From a bacterium (GTDB lineage Bacteria > Methylomirabilota > Methylomirabilia > CAVQYV01), in contig JAZDMQ010000141.1 in NCBI GenBank assembly GCA_043800755.1, positions 1-21,296 of the forward strand: DNA of 21,296 nt, given 5' to 3'. This document shows, piece by piece, positions 15,248 through 21,296 of this stretch. Positions within the stretch are counted from its first letter, which is position 1; each line of letters begins with the position of its first letter. Both the position numbers and the translations under genes were made by a program. The notes beneath the pieces are model-generated. The model saw only the letters and a list, made by a program, of their open reading frames with translations. It did not search any database and was not told the DNA's origin.

Positions 15248-18200
15248 TTATGCGATTTCCTGGTGATATTCTTGCAGCGACTTGATATTCATCTGGGGTC
15301 TCTTAATCAAGTTCTCGATTCCATTCACCGAGGCCTGGGCGCCGGCGATGGTGGTAATGATCGGCACGCTGTAGAGGGTGGCCTGGGACCTGATCTTGGC
15401 CTCGTCCTCTTTGGTTGCCTTCCCGGCCGGGGTGTTGATGATGAGATCCACCTTGCCGTCCTTGATGAAATCGATGATGTTAGGTCGGCCCTCGTGGAGT
15501 TTGGGCAGGGTCTTCACCTCGATATCGTTGCGCAGCAGGGCCGAGGCCGTGCCGGAAGTGGACATGATCTGGAACCCGAGGTCGGCCAGCTTCTTGGCGA
15601 TGAAGACGATGCTCCGTTTATCCTGGTTCTTCACGCTGATGAAGACATTGCCCTTCTTGGGTAACTTCTGTCCGGCCGCGATCTGGCTCTTGGCATAGGC
15701 TGCGCCGAAGGTGGAGTCGATCCCCATCACCTCGCCTGTGGATTTCATCTCCGGCCCCAAGAGGATATCCACCCCGGGGAACCGAATGAAGGGGAATACC
15801 GACTCCTTCACCGCCACATGGTTGATCTCCTTCTCCTTGGTGAACCCCAACTCCTCCAGGCCCTTGCCCAACATTACCTTGGTGGCCAACTTGGCCAGGG
15901 GGACCCCGATCGCCTTGCTCACGAAGGGAACGGTCCGACTGGCCCGGGGATTGACCTCCAGGACATAGACAATATTGTTCTTCACCGCATACTGGATATT
16001 CAGGAGCCCTTTCACATTCAGCTCCAAAGCCATGGCATAGGTATTCCTCTTGATCTCCCCGATCGTGTCTTCCCCCAGGGTATGGGGAGGGAGGACCATG
16101 GCGGAATCGCCGGAATGGATACCTGCCTCCTCGATGTGCTCCAGGATCCCGCCGATGACGCACCTCTTCCCATCGGCGATGGCATCCACATCCACCTCAA
16201 TCGCATCCTCCAGGAACTTGTCGATCAGGATGGGCCGATCCGGGGAGGCCTCCACCGCCTTCTCCATGAAGCCCTTCAAGTCCTCATCATCGTAAACGAT
16301 CTCCATGGCCCGCCCCCCAAGGACATAGGAGGGCCTCACCACCACCGGATACCCGATCTTGTTGGCCACCTGCCTGGCCCCCTCGAAGGAAGTCGCCGTT
16401 CCATTGTCCGGCTGGATGAGCTTCAGCTTCTTGAGCATCTGCTGGAACCGCTTTCGGTCTTCTGCACGGTCAATGGAATCCGGGCTGGTCCCCAAGATGG
16501 GCACCCCGGCCCGATGCAGCGGAACGGAGATATTGAGCGGGGTCTGGCCCCCGAACTGGACAATGACCCCCATCGGCTTTTCCACATCCACGATGTTCAG
16601 GACATCCTCCACGGTCAATGGCTCGAAATAAAGCTTGTTGGAGGTGTCGTAGTCGGTGGAGACGGTCTCCGGATTGCAGTTGACTATGATGCTCTCGATC
16701 CCCTCTTCCTTCAAGGCGTAGGAGGCGTGGCAGCAACAATAGTCGAACTCGATCCCCTGGCCGATCCGGTTCGGCCCCCCTCCTAAGATCAGGACCTTCC
16801 TGTTGCTCGTCGGATGACTCTCATCCTGGGTCTCGTAGGTAGAATAGAAATAGGGCTGCTCGGCCTTGAATTCCCCCGCGCAGGTGTCCACCAATTTATA
16901 GACCGCAGCGATCTTGTGCTTCTTCCGGTAAGCTCTTACCCTGTCTTCGGTGGAATTGAGGAGATGGGCGAGCTGCATATCGGAGAACCCATCCTGCTTG
17001 GCCCTCAGCAAGAGGTCAACCGGGATCTTGAGCGGGGACCTGGGCTCCTTATTTCGGTATTGCTCGATCTCCACCTCCAATTCTAAGATCTGCTTCATAT
17101 TGTCCAGGAACCAGCGGTCGATCTTAGAGAGCTCATAGATCTCATCCACTGAGAGGCCCATCTTCAGGCCGTAGCGGATGTAGAATAGCCGGTCATCATT
17201 GGGGATCCGGATCTTCCTCTTGATCTCCTCACGCAGATCCTGAGAGGGGGATCTGAGGGCCAGGTCGGTGATCTTATCCTTTCCGTCCGCGCCCAACCCG
17301 AATCGGCCGATGTCGATGGAGCGGATCCCCTTCTGCAGTGCCTCCCGGAAGTTTCTCCCGATGGACATCGCCTCGCCCACGGCCTTCATAGAGGTGTTGA
17401 TGACCCTCTCCGCCTTGGGGAACTTCTCAAAGGTGAACCGGCAGATCTTGAACACGCAGTAATCCACGGTTGGCTCAAAGTAGGAGGTGGTCTTGCCCGT
17501 GACCTGGTTGAGGACTTCAGGGAGGGTGAGGCCCACCGCCAGCTTGGTGGCGACCCGGGCGATGGGAAAGCCGGTCGCCTTGGAGGCCAGGGCGGAGCTG
17601 CGGGAGAGCCGGGGATTGACCTCGATGATCACGATCTCTCCGTTTTCCGGATTCTGGGCGAACTGGATGTTCGAGCCTCCCCCAGTGATGCCGATCTTGC
17701 GGATGATCCTCTTGGAATAATTCACGAACCGGGCGTACTCCTCGCTGGTCAAGCTCTGGGAGGGCGCCACCACGATGCTATCCCCGGTGTGCACCCCCAT
17801 GGGGTCCACATTCTCCATCGAGGTGATCATGATGACATTGTCCACGCAGTCCCGCATGACCTCGAACTCGATCTCCTTCCAGCCCAGCACCGACTGCTCC
17901 ACCAGCACCTGGCCCACCGGGCTGATCTCGATGGCCTTGCCCAGAAAATCCTCCAGCTCCTCTTTGTTGTAAGCGGTCGCCCCCCCGAAGCCTCCCAGGC
18001 AGTAGGCGGGCCGCAGGATCAAGGGGAACCCGATCTCCAGGCCGATCCGCATGCCCTCCTCCAGGCTGGTAGCAATCCCGCTCCGGGGGACCTGGATGCC
18101 GATCTCCTGCATCGCCTGCTTGAAGAGGTCCCGGTCCTCGGCCCGGGAGATCGCCTCCACGCTGGCCCCGATGGATTCCACCCCATATTTCTCCAGGATC

Positions 18201-18517
18201 CCTTCCTTCATCAGGAAGTAGGCCAGGTTCAAGCCGGTCTGACCGCCCAGGGTGGGCAGGATGGCATCGGGCCGCTCCTTCTCGATGATTGCGGTGACCG
18301 CCTCCACGGTGAGGGGCTCAATGTAGGTTACATCGGCCATCCCGGGGTCGGTCATGATGGTGGCGGGGTTGCTGTTCACCAGGATGGTGAAGAAACCCTC
18401 CTCTTTGAGGGCCTTACAGGCTTGGGAACCGGAGTAATCGAATTCGCAGGCCTGCCCGATCACAATAGGGCCTGACCCGATCATCAAGATCTTATGAATA
18501 TCGGTGCGCTTCGGCAT
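15248..18517 (-). CDS. carB: Carbamoyl-phosphate synthase large subunit
   Basis: [75 protein letters not shown] and a C-terminal MGS domain; 1089 aa. Confidence 0.98.
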   Translation of the reverse strand: MPKRTDIHKILMIGSGPIVIGQACEFDYSGSQACKALKEEGFFTILVNSNPATIMTDPGMADVTYIEPLTVEAVTAIIEKERPDAILPTLGGQTGLNLAYFLMKEGILEKYGVESIGASVEAISRAEDRDLFKQAMQEIGIQVPRSGIATSLEEGMRIGLEIGFPLILRPAYCLGGFGGATAYNKEELEDFLGKAIEISPVGQVLVEQSVLGWKEIEFEVMRDCVDNVIMITSMENVDPMGVHTGDSIVVAPSQSLTSEEYARFVNYSKRIIRKIGITGGGSNIQFAQNPENGEIVIIEVNPRLSRSSALASKATGFPIARVATKLAVGLTLPEVLNQVTGKTTSYFEPTVDYCVFKICRFTFEKFPKAERVINTSMKAVGEAMSIGRNFREALQKGIRSIDIGRFGLGADGKDKITDLALRSPSQDLREEIKRKIRIPNDDRLFYIRYGLKMGLSVDEIYELSKIDRWFLDNMKQILELEVEIEQYRNKEPRSPLKIPVDLLLRAKQDGFSDMQLAHLLNSTEDRVRAYRKKHKIAAVYKLVDTCAGEFKAEQPYFYSTYETQDESHPTSNRKVLILGGGPNRIGQGIEFDYCCCHASYALKEEGIESIIVNCNPETVSTDYDTSNKLYFEPLTVEDVLNIVDVEKPMGVIVQFGGQTPLNISVPLHRAGVPILGTSPDSIDRAEDRKRFQQMLKKLKLIQPDNGTATSFEGARQVANKIGYPVVVRPSYVLGGRAMEIVYDDEDLKGFMEKAVEASPDRPILIDKFLEDAIEVDVDAIADGKRCVIGGILEHIEEAGIHSGDSAMVLPPHTLGEDTIGEIKRNTYAMALELNVKGLLNIQYAVKNNIVYVLEVNPRASRTVPFVSKAIGVPLAKLATKVMLGKGLEELGFTKEKEINHVAVKESVFPFIRFPGVDILLGPEMKSTGEVMGIDSTFGAAYAKSQIAAGQKLPKKGNVFISVKNQDKRSIVFIAKKLADLGFQIMSTSGTASALLRNDIEVKTLPKLHEGRPNIIDFIKDGKVDLIINTPAGKATKEDEAKIRSQATLYSVPIITTIAGAQASVNGIENLIKRPQMNIKSLQEYHQEIA

Positions 18518-18531
18518 GTAGCATCCTTTCC

Positions 18532-19602
18532 CTATCTCATTCCCAAGAACCTGCTGAAGACCCCATGGACCTCATCTGAGCTGGGACTGACCGGATAGTA
18601 TTGAGTGGAGATCATGCGCAGGGACTGGCTTTCGATCTCCTCGATGGAGTGATCATTGAGGTTGCGCAGGGTGATCTGGGCCTCCGATCTGCCCCTGAGG
18701 CTCTCCTCGTCCACCACCCAGGAATGGTTTTGAAAGGTGATATGGCCCTTATAGGAGGAGGGGGAGATCACGGGATAGTTCGCCCCGTGATGGCCGACCT
18801 TCATCTTATTGAGCCTCCCTCCCAGGGCCTGGCAGATGGTTTGATGCCCGGTGGAGATGCCCAGGAGGGGGACCTTGCCTAAGAGGCCCCGGACAGTCTC
18901 CGTGATTTTTGGGAGGGCATGATCCTCCTCGGGACCATTCGAGATGACGATGCCATCCGGCTTCAAGCTCAGAATCTCCTGGGCCTCCATACCATAGGGC
19001 AATAGCAGGATATGGCATCCCAAGGACTGAAGTTGCTTGAGGAAGGAATTCAAGACCCCGAGGTCGAGGACCGCAATACGAGGCCCGGATTCATTCCCTT
19101 TGAATTCGAAGACCTGATCCACCGATGTCTGGCTGATGAAATCGCGCTGGGGGCTTTTCTTGTAGTCCTTCAGCCTCTTCAGCAGCCTGCCTTTCTGCGG
19201 GTCTTCCGTGGAGACAATTCCCAGCATCTGTCCATCATCCCGGATCTTGACCGCCAGGGTCCGGGTGTCCACCTCGCCGATGGCCACCAGCCCCTGCTTT
19301 TGCAGGAAGTTGGGAAAAGTCCCCTCGGCCTGCCAGTTGGAGGCGATCCGGCTCTGCTCCTTGATCACCAGGGCCTCAATCCAAGACCTCCTGGATTCAT
19401 TGAATTTATCTGCCACCCCGTAATTGCCGATGAGGGGATAAGTGAGGATCAGGATCTTGCCCGCATTGGCCGGATCGGTCATCAACTCCTGATAGCCCAC
19501 CACGCCGGTATGCAAGATGACCTCTCCCACCCGCTCTCCAGGAACCCCCAGGGAGATGCCCTCGAAGAGCGTTCCATCCTCTAACATTAGAATCGCGCGC
19601 AT
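18532..19602 (-). CDS. carA: Carbamoyl-phosphate synthase small subunit with substituted glutaminase triad
   Basis: [44 protein letters not shown] and QNH. GISTGHQ stands in place of GICLGHQ, and QYYPV in place of QYHPE. Confidence 0.95.
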   Translation of the reverse strand: MRAILMLEDGTLFEGISLGVPGERVGEVILHTGVVGYQELMTDPANAGKILILTYPLIGNYGVADKFNESRRSWIEALVIKEQSRIASNWQAEGTFPNFLQKQGLVAIGEVDTRTLAVKIRDDGQMLGIVSTEDPQKGRLLKRLKDYKKSPQRDFISQTSVDQVFEFKGNESGPRIAVLDLGVLNSFLKQLQSLGCHILLLPYGMEAQEILSLKPDGIVISNGPEEDHALPKITETVRGLLGKVPLLGISTGHQTICQALGGRLNKMKVGHHGANYPVISPSSYKGHITFQNHSWVVDEESLRGRSEAQITLRNLNDHSIEEIESQSLRMISTQYYPVSPSSDEVHGVFSRFLGMR

Positions 19603-19797
19603 ATTCGGCTCCTCTCCCTTTTCTTCATTCTTTCCAGGGATTCTCGATCGTCCTGTTCGCCCGCCAACCCCTGGTCAAGCAAGGAAGGACACGAAGAATA
19701 GGATAGAAATGGGCGGAACTTTGATCTTTATCCGCTCTCCTCTCTTCCGTCCGTAAAGTTGACTTTGGAGATCCCTGGATTGGCGACTTGCCTGGGG

Positions 19798-19827
19798 AGC
19801 ATAACCGAGAATTGCCCTGGAAGTCAA
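19798..19827 (-). promoter_or_regulatory. Putative sigma70 promoter for carAB
   Basis: Minus strand TTGACT (19827-19822), 18 nt spacer, TATGCT (19803-19798). Confidence 0.4.
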
Positions 19828-19873
19828 GGATCGTTATTCGAGTTGGGGGAACGGCGGCGGCCTTAGAAAAAGG

Positions 19874-19902
19874 TTGACAAATGGCCGCCGGTTGGTTAAA
19901 TA
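19874..19902 (+). promoter_or_regulatory. Putative tRNA promoter
   Basis: TTGACA (19874-19879) followed 16-17 nt later by an imperfect -10 (TTAAATA), about 30 nt upstream of the tRNA. Confidence 0.5.
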
Positions 19903-19933
19903 GATCTCTTATCCCGCCTGGAACAGATCGCTT

Positions 19934-20010
19934 GGCGGTGTAGCTCAGTTGGTCAGAGCACGCGGCTCATATCCGCGGAGTCACTGGTTCGAATCCAGTC
20001 ACCGCCACCA
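19934..20010 (+). tRNA. tRNA-Met (CAT), elongator type most likely
   Basis: 77-nt cloverleaf: acceptor GGCGGTG/CACCGCC, D arm TAGCTCAGTTGGTCAGAGC, anticodon stem CGCGG/CCGCG with CAT at 19968-19970, T loop GGTTCGAATCC, encoded CCA. The G1-C72 pair argues against an initiator tRNA; Ile2 is not fully excluded. Confidence 0.95.
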
Positions 20011-20183
20011 CCCCTCTCCTGCTTTTTCCTTTTGTCTCCGTCTCCGCTCCTGAGATCTCTTCCTCTCAGCTTTGCCCCATCCGGGCTCCTTAGCGATCCG
20101 CCCAGATGAAGTAAGACCTCCTGCCTGCACCAGGGCCTTTCCTCTCATTTTCCCTGGTCAGCATCTGGCAACCAACACACATG

Positions 20184-20212
20184 TTGACTTCATCGCCCGA
20201 TCTTCCTATTAT
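20184..20212 (+). promoter_or_regulatory. Putative sigma70 promoter for the HTH gene and downstream cassettes
   Basis: TTGACT (20184-20189), 17 nt spacer, TATTAT (20207-20212). Confidence 0.6.
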
Positions 20213-20258
20213 GGCTTAGGATAAAATCTATCAGGTTAGAATGGAATGGAAACAACAG

Positions 20259-20459
20259 ATGACCGACACCTGGTTGACAGTCAAGGAAGTGGCTCAATAC
20301 CTCAAGCTCAGCACCGACCTGATCTACAAGCTCGCGCAACAGGGCAGAATCCCCGCCTCCAAGGTGGGAGCTGCTTGGCGATTCAAGAGGGAGAAGGTCG
20401 ATCAATGGATGGATGCCAATGAGAATCGTCACCAAAGGCGCGTCAGGAGAAAGGAATAG
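20259..20459 (+). CDS. Excisionase-like (HTH_17) DNA-binding protein (start 20259 or 20241)
   Basis: WLTVKEVAQYLKLSTDLIYKLAQQGRIPASKVGAAWRF is a typical Xis-family winged-HTH pattern. Confidence 0.88.
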   Translation: MTDTWLTVKEVAQYLKLSTDLIYKLAQQGRIPASKVGAAWRFKREKVDQWMDANENRHQRRVRRKE

Positions 20460-20634
20460 GTAGGCGTGAATCGAGGAGTACGAAGAGATGTATGATCTGT
20501 CGATGATTTCGAATCTCTTGGATATGTCCCAGCGGCACGAACATGCCCAACAGGAAGATTCCTTCGAGATCCTCGCTACTCCCGATTCTCTCGGAGGTGC
20601 TGGAAGCGGACTGAAAGGAAAATAGGGTGTAAAG

Positions 20635-20896
20635 ATGCCAGAGATATGTCGATTTTATGGTATCATTATTGCCATGTTTTACGACGATCACAATCCACCG
20701 CATTTCCATGCGCGGTACGGGAAAGACAGGGGTGGCAATCGAGATAAGCTCCTTGCGAGTGCTCGAGGGGTACATTCCGCCACGAGCTCTGGGACTTGTG
20801 ATGGAATGGGCTTCTCAGCATCAGAAAGAGTTGCTCAGTAATTGGGAACTTGCGAAGAGGAGCCAGCCACCAAAGAGAATTACGCCGTTGGCGTAG
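20635..20896 (+). pseudogene. DUF4160-family protein (putative toxin), frameshifted
   Basis: MPEICRFYGIIIAMFYDDHNPPHFHARYG continues in another frame as VAIEISSLRVLEGYIPPRALGLVMEWASQHQKELLSNW...ITPLA. Removing one G from GGGG (20729-20732) restores a single ORF. Confidence 0.85.
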
Positions 20897-20906
20897 ATGG
20901 AGGTCC

Positions 20907-21233
20907 ATGATGATCCACGATGTTGTTTCTGCGTCTTACAAGGGGAAATACAAGATTCAAGTAACATTCGATGATGGGAAGGGTGGGATCGTAGATTTCT
21001 CAAAATATCTTACCAAAGGAGGCGTCTTTAACCGTTTCAAGGACATCAATTTCTTTAAGGATTTTTCGATAAACCAGGAACTCGGGGTTCTCACCTGGAA
21101 GGATGAGATAGACATCGCGCCAGAGACACTTTACGCCGAAGCCACCGGGACATCGCTTCCGAATTGGATGGAAAAGAAACGAAAACCTTCAGCGAACAAG
21201 ACACTCCAGCGGACGGCGAATAGCCGCCGCTGA
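20907..21233 (+). CDS. DUF2442-family protein (putative antitoxin)
   Basis: SD GGAGG (20899-20903). YKIQVTFDDG..GIVDF...GGVF...F...LGVLTW...IDIAPETLY fits the family, and the gene lies directly after DUF4160. Confidence 0.85.
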   Translation: MMIHDVVSASYKGKYKIQVTFDDGKGGIVDFSKYLTKGGVFNRFKDINFFKDFSINQELGVLTWKDEIDIAPETLYAEATGTSLPNWMEKKRKPSANKTLQRTANSRR

Positions 21234-21248
21234 CTTTAATCGTTAGCG
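21191..21248 (+). mobile_element. Integron attC recombination site (58 bp)
   Basis: R'' AGCGAAC (21191-21197) and R' GTTAGCG (21242-21248) enclose the imperfect palindrome CAGCGG-A-CGGC-GAATA-GCCG-CCGCTG with an unpaired base. The upstream ORF ends in NKTLQRTA, a typical read-through into an attC. Confidence 0.8.
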
Positions 21249-21255
21249 ATACATT

Positions 21256-21296
21256 ATGAAAGAAACGACGTGTCCATTCTGCCAGAGCTACGACGT
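21256..21296 (+). CDS. 5' end of a probable next gene cassette (MKETTCPFCQSYD..., possibly HIT family), truncated by the window
   Basis: ATG lies 7 nt after the attC R' box. An N-terminal CPFC is common in HIT proteins, but only 13 codons are visible. Confidence 0.4.
   Translation, partial: MKETTCPFCQSYD

Noticed and set aside
15230-19756. Long + strand ORFs over carAB, and the many antisense or alternate-frame ORFs over the hydrogenase operon
   Set aside because: Shadow ORFs of GC-rich coding sequence that overlap confidently identified genes and show no motifs.
19934-20010. tRNA-Sec or UGA suppressor tRNA
   Set aside because: The anticodon is CAT with a short variable loop; no sel genes are visible in the window.
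20545-20634. Second attC upstream of DUF4160 (GCCCAAC matches R'')
   Set aside because: No downstream GTTRRRY partner or convincing palindrome.

Overview
Bacterial window, probably from an anaerobe (taxonomy cannot be determined here), with three blocks. (1) 301-14965 (+): an apparent 13-gene operon for a membrane-bound group 4 (Hyf/Hyc-type) [NiFe]-hydrogenase. It encodes three antiporter-like subunits, NuoH-, HyfE-, NuoI- and NuoB-like subunits and a HycI protease. The 5' electron module is unusual: an FdhF-like protein lacking catalytic residues plus an AsrA/AsrB-like Fe-S/FAD-NAD(P) pair. An orphan PhnD-like lipoprotein closes the operon. The main finding is that the large subunit, split into two ORFs in the track, is one reading frame (8183-9859) with an in-frame TGA exactly at the second Cys of the N-terminal RxCxxC metal-binding motif (RICGI-TGA-GFVH), followed by a SECIS-like hairpin. 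This makes it a candidate selenocysteine group 4 hydrogenase with Sec at the bridging rather than the usual terminal position. (2) 15248-19602 (-): carAB, whose CarA has lost the whole Cys-His-Glu glutaminase triad. (3) 19934-21296 (+): tRNA-Met(CAT), an excisionase-like HTH gene, a frameshifted DUF4160/DUF2442 toxin-antitoxin-like pair ending in an integron attC site, and the start of a next cassette. All assignments come from motif recognition; no searches were run.
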